Notes: a model not told the origin generated them from the letters alone. Positions 13,264 to 27,842 are shown, counted from the first letter of the whole stretch. The stretch is 62,873 bases of DNA, filler included, from Nemertoderma westbladi (GCA_032718475.1; 3 parts of 3 records of this genome joined end to end with filler, not necessarily neighbours in it), one strand, 5' to 3'. Numbers and translations: made by a program.

Positions 13264-13724
13264 AACAGGTTTCTTCATAATATAATTTATTTTTTTTGTC
13301 AGTCATACCTTAGGACAATACTTTAGGCTTAGGAAATATATTGCAACAAATTTATATTTTCGGCGTACAATTAGTTGTGAAACGACGTTCTTATGTAATC
13401 ATCGTATATATATATATATATAAAAATATAAAATTAAATACCTCAAATGTTAATAGTTAGTTAATAAGTAGTTGGTTAATATTTTAATCATAATGGTTAA
13501 TATGTGTTCATTAAAAACATGCACTTCCATAATAGTTAATCTCAATTTTTAATCAATAAGCTTTTAAATCGACGATACTATTTATATATCTGAATGACTG
13601 CCTGTCTATCATTTCATTTCCGTATAAAGAAGCACACTAACACTACCTACCTAGATAGGGTTTTCTGGTCGGTGGTTTCATTCCCGGTGCTTCGTTTTCA
13701 TGTTTGCCGGTGTAGGAGGCAACA

Positions 13725-15275
13725 GGTACTACCGTAGTAATGAGTGCCTCTAGGCACCAGGTACTGTGGTAGTATTAACCGCCTAGGCAACGGGAACTAC
13801 CCTCAGGCACCAGGTACTACCCTAAATTTATGGCAAATTAAACTACCCTGCATCATTCTCTCTAGACGCGAGACACACTTGCACCATTCTTGTTCATTAT
13901 TGTGGTTGACTATGTTCTACGCATGTCCTTAGATCATCATAATGACGATGGGGTGATGATAACTCCACCTACTGGCTCCAGAAGTCGAGGAAATCCTGCC
14001 AAGTACCTAACTGATCTAGACTTTGCTGATGACTTAGGAGTACTCTCAGAATCATTAGAGGGAGCCCAGCGGCTCCTCAGCTCATTAGAACATGCTGCTT
14101 CTAGTGTTGGTCTTTTTATTAACTCCAGAAAGACCAAAATTCTGACAGTTAACTTTGAAAGTCCTCAGCAAGTCTCTGATCGGATGAGCATAAGCTCAAA
14201 GGATGGTATGCTTGAGCATGTGGACGACTTCTGTTACCTGGGATCATGGATCCGGAAGTCAGGTGAGGACCTTCGAATACGTAAGGGAAAGGCATGGGCA
14301 GCCTTGAATAGGCTTTCCAGGATTTGGAAGTCACCTAGAATTAATCGGAAACTTAAGGTCCGATTATTCAGAGCAGCAGTAGTTCCAGTACTCCTCTACG
14401 GGAGTCCATGCTGGGCTCTAACTGCTGAGGACACCAAATCTCTGGATGGCACATTCACAAGAATGCTACGCCGGGTACATTGTGTCAAGTACAATGCACA
14501 CATCTCCAACCAGACACTATATAACATTGGAGGTGTCTCATTGGTTCCCCCAAGCTTGACACTAGAACAAAATCGCCTCCGCTTTGCAGGACATTGCTTT
14601 CGCCGTGAGGACCAGCCAGTGCATAATCTTGTACTTTGGCAGCCTCATGGAGTGAATAAGCATGGTGGACAGCCCATGACTTTCTTGAGACGCATCTTAA
14701 AGGACACTGGCCTTAAAGATGCGGATGATCTAGCAAATGTCATGGGTGATAGGGAGTTGTGGCGGTGCAATTTTGTTGACAAGCCGGCACAGCATTCTTA
14801 AAAATGCAGCTGCAATGCAGCATGCCGATCCTAGTAGTATTCTCTCTGGATAAACTCTTGGACACATGTACTGTATATACTTAGACAATAAATCTGGAGT
14901 CCACTTTAATGTTGCCCTTCCTCTGAACCATGAATAAATTAATATAATTGATCTCTTCACATAAATATTTTAACGAATAAGTAATAATTATGAAACTAAT
15001 ATAATATGGATTCTTTACGAACCAAATACAGTAACAACCATTGATTGACCCAATGCAATGCTTTAAATCAAGAAGCTGTACGTTTTATATATTTTTTTGT
15101 TTAAAAAAAGGGTAATACCTGCTCTGCTGCCTTTAGGTAGTAATAATTGCCTAGGCGGTTAATACTACGGTAGTACCTGATGCCTAGGCATGTTGTACTA
15201 TGGTAGTACCGAGTGCCGAGGCACCAGGTACTACGGTAGTACTGAGTGCCGAGGCACCAGGTACTACGGTAGTAT
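13725..15275. mobile_element. Foldback-like element with ggcaccaggtactacggtagta subrepeats, interrupted by an RTE
   Basis: gtagtattaaccgcctaggcaa (~13769-13790) is the exact inverse of ttgcctaggcggttaatactac (~15147-15168). Confidence 0.5.
13864..14838 (+). mobile_element. 5'-truncated RTE-clade LINE (RT C-terminus), family 1
   Basis: DLDFADD, FCYLGS, LLYG, RLRFAGHC motifs; (TAG)n tail; 9-bp TSD attctctct at 13855-13863 and 14839-14847. Confidence 0.9.
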
Positions 15276-15881
15276 ATCTAGTCTGCCTGTCTGTGTGTCC
15301 GTTCATCAATATATAATAATTCACTGACGTAGAGATAAAACATACAGTCTGGAAGAAGTCACCGAACGTTACAACTGACATCACAAATTATAAAACCTCT
15401 TTTATGATGATACACAGAGGCTAGATCACCCTAACCTAGAAATAGTTTCATGGGCGCGTGGACTGTCGCATAGATAAAGTTGAATAATTCCATGAAGTTG
15501 AATAAAGTGCGCTCCTGTTGTAGGACTTCCTATATTTATTGCAGTTTGAAAAACTTGTCAAGCGACTATTAGTAATACCTGTCCCGGACCCCGATAGGGG
15601 GGGGGGGGGGGGGGGGGGGGGGGAACTGGACGCAATAAAAATAAATTCCTCTCCAGGGGAAATTTGACGCAAATAACAGCTGATTACTCTCGAAAATAAA
15701 ACTGTAACCTGTTCTAGGATAGTACTAGATTGTGACAACAGATGAAAACAGGCGAAAACAAGCGAAAACAGTTGGAATGTANNNNNNNNNNNNNNNNNNN
15801 NNNNNNNNNNNNNNNNNNNNNNNNNTTAATTAATTAANNNNNNNNNNNNNNNNNNNNNNNNNNNNNNNNNNNNNNNNNNNN

Positions 15882-18880
15882 TAAGAACTATAAGTAGTTC
15901 TTGAACGCTTTGTATACAAGCAAGGCGTTCGTTAAGAACTATAAGTAGTTCTTGAACGCTTTGTATACAAGTAAGGCGTTCGTTAAGAACTATAAGTAGT
16001 TCTTGAACGCTTTCTATACAAGCAAGACGTTCGTTAAGAACTATAAGTAGTTCTTGAACGCTTTGTATACAAGTAAGGCGTTCGTTAAGAACTATAAGTA
16101 GTTCTTGAACGCTTTGTATACAAGTAAGGCGTTCGTTAAGAACTATAAGTAGTTCTTGAACGCTTTCTATACAAGCAAGACGTTCGTTAAGAACTATAAG
16201 TAGTTCTTGAACGCTTTCTATACAAGTAAGGCGTTCGTTAAGAACTATAAGTAGTTCTTGAACGCTTTGTATACAAGTAAGGCGTTCGTTAAGAACTATA
16301 AGTAGTTCTTGAACGCTTTGTATACAAGTAAGGCGTTCGTTAAGAACTATAAGTAGTTCTTGAACGCTTTCTATACAAGCAAGACGTTCGTTAAGAACTA
16401 TAAGTAGTTCTTGAACGCTTTGTATACAAGTAAGGCGTTCGTTAAGAACTATAAGTAGTTCTTGAACGCTTTGTATACAAGTAAGGCGTTCGTTAAGAAC
16501 TATAAGTAGTTCTTGAACGCTTTCTATACAAGCAAGGCGTTCGTTAAGAACTATAAGTAGTTCTTGAACGCTTTCTATACAAGCAAGACGTTCGTTAAGA
16601 ACTATAAGTAGTTCTTGAACGCTTTGTATACAAGCAAGGCGTTCGTTAAGAACTATAAGTAGTTCTTGAACGCTTTGTATACAAGCAAGGCGTTCGTTAA
16701 GAACTATAAGTAGTTCTTGAACGCTTTGTATACAAGCAAGGCGTTCGTTAAGAACTATAAGTAGTTCTTGAACGCTTTCTATACAAGCAAGGCGTTCGTT
16801 AAGAACTATAAGTAGTTCTTGAACGCTTTGTATACAAGCAAGGCGTTCGTTAAGAACTATAAGTAGTTCTTGAACGCTTTGTATACAAGTAAGGCGTTCG
16901 TTAAGAACTATAAGTAGTTCTTGAACGCTTTCTATACAAGCAAGACGTTCGTTAAGAACTATAAGTAGTTCTTGAACGCTTTGTATACAAGCAAGGCGTT
17001 CGTTAAGAACTATAAGTAGTTCTTGAACGCTTTGTATACAAGCAAGGCGTTCGTTAAGAACTATAAGTAGTTCTTGAACGCTTTCTATACAAGCAAGGCG
17101 TTCGTTAAGAACTATAAGTAGTTCTTGAACGCTTTGTATACAAGCAAGGCGTTCGTTAAGAACTATAAGTAGTTCTTGAACGCTTTGTATACAAGCAAGG
17201 CGTTCGTTAAGAACTATAAGTAGTTCTTGAACGCTTTGTATACAAGCAAGGCGTTCGTTAAGAACTATAAGTAGTTCTTGAACGCTTTGTATACAAGCAA
17301 GGCGTTCGTTAAGAACTATAAGTAGTTCTTGAACGCTTTGTATACAAGCAAGGCGTTCGTTAAGAACTATAAGTAGTTCTTGAACGCTTTGTATACAAGC
17401 AAGGCGTTCGTTAAGAACTATAAGTAGTTCTTGAACGCTTTGTATACAAGCAAGGCGTTCGTTAAGAACTATAAGTAGTTCTTGAACGCTTTGTATACAA
17501 GCAAGGCGTTCGTTAAGAACTATAAGTAGTTCTTGAACGCTTTGTATACAAGCAAGGCGTTCGTTAAGAACTATAAGTAGTTCTTGAACGCTTTGTATAC
17601 AAGCAAGGCGTTCGTTAAGAACTATAAGTAGTTCTTGAACGCTTTGTATACAAGCAAGGCGTTCGTTAAGAACTATAAGTAGTTCTTGAACGCTTTGTAT
17701 ACAAGCAAGGCGTTCGTTAAGAACTATAAGTAGTTCTTGAACGCTTTGTATACAAGCAAGGCGTTCGTTAAGAACTATAAGTAGTTCTTGAACGCTTTGT
17801 ATACAAGCAAGGCGTTCGTTAAGAACTATAAGTAGTTCTTGAACGCTTTGTATACAAGCAAGGCGTTCGTTAAGAACTATAAGTAGTTCTTGAACGCTTT
17901 GTATACAAGCAAGGCGTTCGTTAAGAACTATAAGTAGTTCTTGAACGCTTTGTATACAAGCAAGGCGTTCGTTAAGAACTATAAGTAGTTCTTGAACGCT
18001 TTGTATACAAGCAAGGCGTTCGTTAAGAACTATAAGTAGTTCTTGAACGCTTTGTATACAAGCAAGGCGTTCGTTAAGAACTATAAGTAGTTCTTGAACG
18101 CTTTGTATACAAGCAAGGCGTTCGTTAAGAACTATAAGTAGTTCTTGAACGCTTTGTATACAAGCAAGGCGTTCGTTAAGAACTATAAGTAGTTCTTGAA
18201 CGCTTTGTATACAAGCAAGGCGTTCGTTAAGAACTATAAGTAGTTCTTGAACGCTTTGTATACAAGCAAGGCGTTCGTTAAGAACTATAAGTAGTTCTTG
18301 AACGCTTTGTATACAAGCAAGGCGTTCGTTAAGAACTATAAGTAGTTCTTGAACGCTTTGTATACAAGCAAGGCGTTCGTTAAGAACTATAAGTAGTTCT
18401 TGAACGCTTTGTATACAAGCAAGGCGTTCGTTAAGAACTATAAGTAGTTCTTGAACGCTTTGTATACAAGCAAGGCGTTCGTTAAGAACTATAAGTAGTT
18501 CTTGAACGCTTTGTATACAAGCAAGGCGTTCGTTAAGAACTATAAGTAGTTCTTGAACGCTTTGTATACAAGCAAGGCGTTCGTTAAGAACTATAAGTAG
18601 TTCTTGAACGCTTTGTATACAAGCAAGGCGTTCGTTAAGAACTATAAGTAGTTCTTGAACGCTTTGTATACAAGCAAGGCGTTCGTTAAGAACTATAAGT
18701 AGTTCTTGAACGCTTTGTATACAAGCAAGGCGTTCGTTAAGAACTATAAGTAGTTCTTGAACGCTTTGTATACAAGCAAGGCGTTCGTTAAGAACTATAA
18801 GTAGTTCTTGAACGCTTTGTATACAAGCAAGGCGTTCGTTAAGAACTATAAGTAGTTCTTGAACGCTTTGTATACAAGAC
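15882..18880. repeat. 51-bp satellite array (~59 copies, runs into a gap)
   Basis: Unit aagaactataagtagttcttgaacgctttgtatacaagcaaggcgttcgtt. Confidence 0.97.
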
Positions 18881-19599
18881 ATAAATGTTTGTAAATGAAA
18901 CCATTAGATTAAGATATTCATTATTTATAGAAATCTAATTCTATTATAATTCTTATCTATTACCTGTTACCTGTTATGTGTATGGGAGATCTAATTGAAT
19001 GGTTTTTCTGGTCTATAAATGTAGGCCTACTACAACTACTCTACAACGTTCTAGAATTGAGCGACCTTCTAAGCTAAAAAGTTTTTGTACAATGAATTTA
19101 TGATTTGCTATCTTACAATAAATAATTATATACCCTTTATAAACTTATTATATAACTATTACTATAGCTACTTACTAGCCACTTACTATTATTATAATTA
19201 TTATTGTTATTATATAACCTTTATATTATAACCTATAATTATAATAATAATACATTTGTATAGCGCCTTACTTGAAGATATAGGCGGTCCCATTTCTATA
19301 CACAATTAATTTTACTTTATGACATACAGTTATTATTGGCAAAATATTATAGTTAAATCTTAAAAACAACCTTGTAAAAACCTTTTTTTCATTATCAGTA
19401 AATAAAAACAATTGAAAATAATCGTTCTATGCACTCATATAGGGTCTAATTTTCGTGTTTAAAAAGATAATGAAATTTTCGCAGATAGTGTGGCTTACAT
19501 TGGAAAAAAATTATTATTATTGTTCGCTTATGAAAAAAAAGTGTTATTGTTTTTGTTAGAAAACACCGACGCTGAAACTTCATCATTAATGTAGGCCTA

Positions 19600-22500
19600 T
19601 TAAATTCAATTCAATTCAGTTTTAAACCGACTAAACAATCTAGTTGGTGTTTGCATGTTTGAATGTGTTGATCGAAGTGCAAGAAGAGTGGAAGGGAATT
19701 CTATATCGTTGGTGCAGCACAAGAAAATCTCCGTTTCCCGCAGGTTTCCTCCAATTTAAACTATAAACAATTATTTAAACACATCAGATTTGCCAAGCCA
19801 AAACATTGGTGTGTGAGTATTTTCTTGTTAAGAGTTTCATTTCCGATGTTAATTTCTGATGTTAAGGAGCTAAGTTTATGAGATAGTTTCTCATAAAGGA
19901 CTGTATCGAACGCTGCGGACAGATCGATTGTATATGTATAGATGTGCGATTGTTTCTTGTTAAGTTGTTTATGAGACTCGTAACTGTGTGGTATGCCATT
20001 TCTGCCTTCATTTTATTCTTATATCCTAGTTGCAATTCATTGGTGTGTAGACATGTTAGTTAAGGTCGGGTAGAATTGACATCTCCCACAGTTTTGCAAG
20101 GGTTGCAATGATGGTAATATTTCTATATCTAACTTTACCAGTATGTCTTCTGGGTGGCTTAGGAACTGGGATTGTTATATTATATGACAGTGATTGGGGG
20201 GGGGGGGGGGGGGGGACTTGCTATTTATATTCATCTCATTGAAAATGTGGGCAATGAAGTTATTCAGAATAGGTGTTGCAACATAGATTAGTGTTTCTGA
20301 ACTTATATTGTAGAAGTCACTCGTCTTTCCTTTGTTTAGTTTTCGGATATTAGCTTCTATGGATTTTCCATCTATCTTAGTTAAGCATTTTTATTTTGCT
20401 TTGGCACTTCTCTTACCAAGTCAGTTGGCTGATGCACATCGTCACTATGTTGGAAATGGCTTGCAGTGTCTGTGTATGACAGTTTGGCATCAGAGTCACT
20501 GAGTATGATTTGGCCTTGATTGGGAAGGAGTTTTTTCCAAAATGTTTTTCGATTTGTTCGTTGTGTTGTTCCCAATATCTCAATGTAAGTTTTATAAGAA
20601 TGCCCATTTCTTAGATGATCGATGTTATGTACAGAGGCTCATTATGTTTTCATGCATAGTGCCCCTTGATTTTGTTCCTTTGTTTTGAGTAGGTGTATGG
20701 TATAAAGGCAGCTGATGCTTTTTGTAGCGTCGTAATTAGTTGGTTCACATTTGTATCCAGCGAATGAAGATTGGGATCAAAGTCATAAAGTTTGTTTGCG
20801 ATTTGGCGTTGCTATGATATGAGTTGTTGCTTTGTAGCTTTAGAGTAGTCGTACTTTTTTTGTTTGTATCGTTTACGTGGAATGTTTACACCATCATCGT
20901 AGCCATCTCGAGTTAACTGGTTGAACTTTAGGGTCGCTGTGACAATGCTGTGGTCTGAGAGGTTTTTATTGCAGGGTAGGAGTACTTCAGAATCAATTAG
21001 TGCTTCATACATGTCATGTGTCAATACAAAGTGGTCTAAGTAGCTGGTTCGTATAATTATACCATCTTTATTTCGAAATTGATATGTACTTTCAGGTCCA
21101 TGACCTCTGCTTGTCATGTCTGCAATAATCATATGTTTGTTTTCCAAGATCATGTCCTTGAATATTCTGCCGAAGGGTGATTCATTGGTAGACCCTCTTG
21201 TATATAGCTCTCCATGTTTCCTTATTGTACCATTAATGTCTCTACCTATGACAACTTGCAGTCCCAGTTCTGTACATTCCTCGATAAGAAGTACCAATTC
21301 GCTTATAATTCTCATGTAATTTGTTTTGTCATTCGAAAGTTTGCAGTCAGCTGGAAGATAGACATTAAGGAGAGCTATGTTACAGTTGCTAAAACCACTC
21401 CATGTAATCCCTGAAATTCGGTCTGAAGAGGTGTTTATAGATGTGTGTTGGCTCATCAGAATGTTTCTGTTGAATAAGAATAGCTGTACCTTCTTCACCA
21501 CGTATAGTAAGTTTATTTTCAAGCATACCGTGGGCTATGGTGTAAGTTGCACAGGTGTACTCACTTGGAATGCTGCTGAAATGTAATTCAGCTTCTCGCG
21601 CTCCTAGCCAGTGTTCTTGCAGGAGTCGGACATCGGGTTTATACTTTGTGAGAATAGTTCCATATATATAGTTCATGTTTCTAACAATTCCTTTGCAGTT
21701 GTATGCCATGAACTTGATTGTTGAATTTTCCTTTCTATTGTTTGTTGGTGTAATGTTGCTCGGGTCTATACTAATGTTTTGCAGCTTTTCTATGTGAGGA
21801 TTGTCTGTCCATTGTGGATTGTGATGAGGATTGTTCTGTTCGAGATTGTTCATCAATTTAAAAACGGCCATTTAGTTGATACATAGAGAGTGCAGCTGTA
21901 TTTGGTATGAATTTGTTATGAGTGTTGATCCTTGTTCTGTTATAGGTGTCCAATGGTCGGTCATGCCAGATGCTGACAGCAGGGGATTTACCAGGCCACA
22001 TATCTCTTTGTATATAAGTATTATAGTATGATATATTGATTGTTACCTTTGCTGTTTTTGGCATACCTCTGTTTCCTTGGATCCAGACGTTTGGCCATAT
22101 ATCCAGTTTGCATGTAACATAGTGTGGAAAGTGATAGTGATGAAGTAATAGGAGGCAAACCTTGGACATATATGGTCATATGTGCATATGAGCTGGTATT
22201 TGGATAACTCGTGGCTTTTTGTCTGTTTGAATGAATGGTATGCTGATGGTGAGGGTATGGTGGAGTGTTGTGGGGAATCAATGATGATACTTTAGTCTGG
22301 GGTGGTGTTGGGAGCAGTGTTTTTCTAGAGGTTTTATTTATAATGTCCTTAGTCCCCTCCTGTTGTTGTTGGGAGACTAATGTGTTAAGAAGCTTTGTTT
22401 GTTCCTTTAAGATGTCAATGACAGATCGGTCTTCCAGAGTCAGAACTCCATAGCGGTTGTATATGTCAAGTACACAGTTCCAGTCTTCTGTGTTATGTTG

Positions 22501-23900
22501 TTTCAGTTTGGCAGATTTCACTGGTTGTCTCCATGTTGCTGGGCTAGTCAAAACTTGTTCTACTGTTCTTGGTCTGAGTACTGACAATGGTGGGTAGATC
22601 TCAGGTCTTGTTTATGAGTCTATGGGTAGCATTAGATTATCCATTCTGTCTGTATTCAATTCTATGATATTTTGTGTTGTTTCCCTAATCCAATCAGTTG
22701 GATTATTATCACAGTTCATTGTGGCATATGATTCATGTGGAGTAAGTGCAGTTGTTTCTACTTCACTAAGGTCTTCTGGTGAGTTGTTGGTACTTTTTGT
22801 ATTCTTCCTTTTCTTACTCTTTGTCTGTTTAGTATTAGTCTCCTCGAATGTACAGGGAAAGTGAGGTCAGAGATATATTAGTTCGGTTTGAGAGATTCTT
22901 TGTAGTAATAATTGGTGAATGCGAGTTATTTTTGCAGTTAGCTGTATTGATGTGTTATTAAAGTGTCTTTTTGTTATTCGAAAAATAAAACATTTATTTT
23001 TTTACTTCCTTCCAACTTCTGCCTGTTGGCAGTTATAAATTCATTCGCTCATGCCAAAGCAAGGGTTGTGCCATTATGAATATGATGTACTCTGTCAAAC
23101 ATACTGTGTACTGTGTACCCTAGAAAATAGTCACACAAAAAGTTCAATTAATTTATTATTTTTTGTAAGGGGAGGTGGGGGAGGGCGCCAAAATCGTGCC
23201 CCCCCCCCCCCCCCCCCCCTGCCACAAACATCAGATACGCCACTGGGTGTGTGTGTTAGTAATTTGTGGTATGGTCGACGTGGTCTTGAGGAACGGTGCA
23301 TCTCTTTGGTTTGAGAGTGTTGTAGGGTCTGCGTCTGCATCAGAAATGGTTCTATGTTCCATATGCACCACTTTCCTCTTTAGCTCAGTTAGGTTGTGAT
23401 TCATTTGGACAGTCTTATCTTTCTGAGCAGAACATTGTGACTGCAACATTTTAACCTCTATTTGTAGTGTAGTTAGTTACCAGGTGAATTACTTCAAGGA
23501 TGCTAAAGGCATTCATTGTACTTGCATTGATTCGCTTTTTAAAGGTTGACGTGAGTGCTTTTTCTTTAATGACCAAGGAAAACTCCGCTACATCCATAGC
23601 AAGTTCCTGTTTATTGGAATACATTTTAGGCCGGCAATCTCTCCAATAAGGCTGGAAGATATTTCCCTGGATAGTGATTTTTGTACATTAGTCAAGAAAT
23701 CAAATCCTAGTTTTGAAAGCCATTTTGCTAGGTCTTCCTTGGGGTTTTGTAGCAATTTGGCTCTCTTAATAGTTTCTACAAAATCCAATGGTGAATCCTT
23801 GCTGCAGACTATCTTGATAAAAGCTTCATCATTATAGTTCCGAATTTCGGACCCTGCTGTGAGGTGGTTAGTTGCGGAATGAGTAACTGACTGGGGATGT
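19600..23900 (-). mobile_element. Degenerate CR1/L2-type LINE (ORF1, APE endonuclease, partial RT)
   Basis: APE motifs AYNCKG, LLQEHWL, NVYLP, IGRDIN, SYLDHF, SDH (20812-21720); RT IDLSAAFDTV near 19900-19930; ORF1-like fragments 22021-23800. Confidence 0.75.
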
Positions 23901-24120
23901 ACTGTACTGATTATTGGTGATTTGATACGTACATCCTCAACTATTCTATGTAGCCAAGTTCTGAACTTGTCATTATTTGTTTGTTCTGGGGTTAAAGATG
24001 CAGATAATTAAAAATCAAATAAGTACGTCACATATGTCGATGTCTATTGTCAGGTTTGGTGTATTCTCATTGTATTACATGATGTATATATGTGTCGGAA
24101 TGTGTGATGTATAAATGGAA

Positions 24121-24190
24121 GGTGGGGTAGCTTAGTTGGTTCGGCGCCGAGCCCGCAGTCTATTTGTTGTAGGTTCGTGTCACTCAAAGA
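24121..24190 (+). mobile_element. tRNA-derived SINE head (degenerate)
   Basis: A box TAGCTTAGTTGG and B box GGTTCG; homologous to 25012-25084 on the opposite strand. Confidence 0.45.
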
Positions 24191-25011
24191 AGATAATGGA
24201 TATATTTAAAGGAAAATTTAAGTTTTAAAGAACTGCGAATATATTTAAATGGACATTTAGAGTTGGTAACCCTACGTTGTGCCTTTAGCCACAACAACCT
24301 GCCGTGTGATTAATTAGGCAAGGTATCCTTGCGGTGAGTCTTTATGAAAAATAAATTATGATAAGCGGGAAAAACCAATTAAAGCATTCTGCACAACCTT
24401 CACATTCTATTCTCGGCATAGATAGTACGTGTTCGCTCCAATTAATATATTCTAACAATAAAAATAGAGGGATCCATCATAACAATCTCACATATTATCA
24501 GGGAAATAATTGGGGTTTATTTATATTAACAAGTCATTAGTTGCCCTTTGCAACGAACTTTTATTTAATAAAAAAAGAAATATTCACCTGCAAAAAGGTC
24601 AAAGGATACCGATACCGAACATTGGTTAATGATGTCAGCGACATATGATTAACGAAGCAGTCCCCCTTATCGCCCCCAATATGTTCCAACAGTAGTATAA
24701 AATCTTTAACTTACCGATGTACCATAAGTTGAGCAGAAATTATAGGCCAATTTAAACAATAACTTACCGCATTATTCAGTGTTACTCTAAAGTGCTAAAA
24801 CAATCCATCTTAAAGGGTTATTCACACTACTGCCAACGTAACTACAGTACAATGATAGCGGCCTGTTGAGAAAACTTCAGAAAAATTAATCACTGAAGTT
24901 ATGGTGATCCCAGGAGGATATATTTCATAATAGAGCAATTAGTCCAATTTCAAGCAAAGAAAACAGACCCCCAAATCGACCCCGCCCATGGGATGAAAGA
25001 CTGAGGCTGAG

Positions 25012-25084
25012 GGGAGCCTCTTGGGTGTCGAACCTACAACCAATAGATTGCAGGCCCAGCGCCCAACCAACTGAGCTACCCCGC
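25012..25084 (-). mobile_element. tRNA(Cys)-like SINE head or pseudo-tRNA
   Basis: GCGGGGTAGCTCAGTTGG...CTGCAAT...GGTTCGAC; the acceptor stem does not pair properly. Confidence 0.5.
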
Positions 25085-25596
25085 TTGAGTGATTTGAAAA
25101 AAACAAAATTGTTTAAGATAGCTGTAGAAGCTGTAATCCGAGTACTTTGTTTGTATTTAAAATACGCCGCCATGGGACTGACAGATGAACTGACTTAGCC
25201 TCTTGGTACGCAAAATTATTAATAAAACCTTAATGATCATAGGTAAATTCAACCAAATTTCATATGAATCTGTACCAGCTAGTCTGTCATGACCCCACTA
25301 CGGAACACGCCACGCAGTCTGTCTGACTTCGCCCCTTATGGTTGATTCTACAACCAACGCATAGCTACTTCTAGGATTTTTACAATTATCCCCCTAGTGG
25401 CCGACGAGGTTTACCAAGTTCGGTTTAATTTCATCAATGATTGACCGACTTATTTCGGTTTTTATCAAAAGTGTAATACTATCGGTACCGACAGACAGAC
25501 TATCTGATTTTTTAACAAACTTCAGTATCTTTCTAACATTTACGACGACGACGATAGACAACTCGTTTTTGGTACACCTACGCTAAGGCTTCGCTT

Positions 25597-25971
25597 CTAC
25601 TTGAACAACGAATTGAAGGTTGCTACACAAGACTACTAAGGGCAGCCCTAAACATCAGCTGGAGACAACACATGACAAACGCCGAGCTTTATGGTACAAT
25701 ACCACCTGTATCAACCACCCTCCGTGAACGCAGATTAAGATTCAGTGGGCACTGCTGGCGAAGTAAAGACGAGGTCATACCAGATCTACTTCTCTGGCAA
25801 CCAACTCATGGAAAGCGTAGTCGTGGACGACCTGCCATAACATATATAGATCAACTTGAAAGGGATACTGAACTTGGGAGAAACGAAATTGCGACAACTA
25901 TGGAGAATCGGGAAGCCTGGAAGGATCTCATTTCCACTGTCCGAGTTCGCTCGACCTAGTAGTAGTAGTAG
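25597..25971 (+). mobile_element. 5'-truncated RTE LINE, family 2
   Basis: RRLRFSGHCWR...RGRP C-terminus; (AGT)n tail; 13-bp TSD taaggcttcgctt at 25584-25596 and 25972-25984. Confidence 0.88.
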
Positions 25972-26456
25972 TAAGGCTTCGCTTACTTCGTGGCTCGCCC
26001 CACATTGTTTCCTCACTTCCTGTTATGAATCCAAAATTCATACCACATACTTCGTGGCTCGCCCCACATTGTTTCCTCACTTCCTGTTATGAATCCAAAA
26101 TTTGATACCACAATCAACTCCACTTTACATACAAGCAAAATTGTATCCAAAGTTAATGATCATCTATTGCCATTATATTAGTTTATATATTCGCTCATAC
26201 AAGACATACAGTATGTATAAAAGTAATACGAAACGTTCTGAATTTAAACAATTATTATGTTCTTTCAAATCCAGTACTTGCTCTATACTATCTTAATTTA
26301 TCACTGAACAAGATGCAACCAACCTGAGCAACAGACTGACAAGAGTTCTCAGTAATTTATTAGCAATTATATAATGTTAGTGATCGCTGTAAGTCTGAAC
26401 ACAAGCACCAGAGGCAACCCAAAGGCTCATCTCTCTTGGCTGTTACCTATAAGGAA

Positions 26457-26595
26457 CGCCACACTAACTCCCAAGAGTGAACACTCCATTAATATCCAAC
26501 CCATTTTCTTTACTCCCCCACAGTAGCCAGCTTCCCCAATCGTTGGGTTCCCCAGTTAGAAATTGTAACTTGCTCGGCTGAACACGGGACCCCCT
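26457..26595 (-). mobile_element. SINE family B copy
   Basis: cgccacactaactcccaaga...tttctttactccccca...gaaattgtaactt is shared with 46008-46130. Confidence 0.55.
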
Positions 26596-27842
26596 ATCAA
26601 CGTGGCTCACGTTGATCTAAAGCTAATGTACTTTCTGACAGGTTTGTTAAACGAAATACATAGTAATTGAGTGAAAATAGAAAATCAGTTCGTAGAAGAA
26701 AGTAATGTACTTATGTGCCTGCGTAGTGTTATTCCAAAAAAGGTAAAATTACAGTCCGTACAGCGAATTGTTATAATTAGCACTTTATTATAATCATTTA
26801 AAAGTCATTTAAAAGGAAACTTAACCAGAAATTTGTAATTGATTTCTGATGTGTTAGATAATTTGTCTAACCTTCTAAATTAATACCGATATAGAATAAA
26901 TTATTTGAAATAATATACGGGTTAATAATAATCAAAGACTGCTGGATGTCATCAAATAGGTAGACCGAATGTTCATGTTTTGTGATAGTTCGAACCACAC
27001 TATGAAAGAAAACCAAAATAATAAACGTTGGAAAATATTGGCCGCGTATTGACATTTAAATTATCCTTGGATCTGTTTTCCTCGGTCGTGCCTCCTTTCT
27101 CATTAACTCGTGTTTCCTTATATGCATACTGTCATTTCAACGCGTGCTACTTCAACTGTATTTTGTCAATAGCGCAGAAACTGATTTGACTGGTTTACGT
27201 CAATGGAGATCGGCAGAGATCCATCCACTGCTGTAGCCCGGAGTACCCCCTCAGGGTTATAGTGTATCCAATTCAGTAATTGGTTATTTATATTGTTTAG
27301 GACGTTTTCTTTGCCTATTCTTCGAATGGCCAATATATAATAATACTTCCTCTGATGTGTATGAAATAATAGCTTCCTGAAAAACAGCGACACCGGCCAT
27401 CTATTATCTAAATATCCCCATCTTAATTACCTAACTAGTTAATTAAAAAGCACATTATAACGAGTTAAAGATAGCCGCCACATGAACGTGAATGTTCTGG
27501 GAAGTAAAAACCCCACAGGCCTGCTGCAGAAGCAGAACTAATTAGGAAAGAATAATTTACGCTATATTACAGTACATTAGGTGTTCTTGTACTTTCAGAA
27601 CCGGTAGAATATGTCATCATGCAATAACATACGGCAACACACAATCATAAACAACACGAGTGATTCGTGCAACAAAACTTCGTGCAGCAAAAGCTGCAAG
27701 CAATCTTAGCGAACAATTATAATTATGTACCATGGCTAGTTATATATTGGCTTCCGACATACACACACACACTCACACCTAGTGACACAGACGTAGAAAA
27801 AGGCCATAACAGTTCGCTGATGGCTCGCAGTTTTGACTCGCC

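Noticed and set aside
15782-15881. TTAATTAATTAA embedded in an N run (also at 41227-41326)
   Set aside because: Artificial 100-bp scaffold gap spacer with stops in all frames, not biological sequence.
15882-18880. CRISPR-like array (palindromic repeats)
   Set aside because: No unique spacers, no cas genes, and a eukaryotic context.
15826-18882. 1018-aa repetitive ORF (CIQSVQELLIVLNERLA)n
   Set aside because: By-product of a 51-bp (3x17) satellite with one stop-free frame; it has no unique domain and runs into a gap.
25012-25084. Functional tRNA-Cys gene
   Set aside because: The acceptor and anticodon stems pair poorly and a degenerate sister copy is nearby; better explained as a SINE head.
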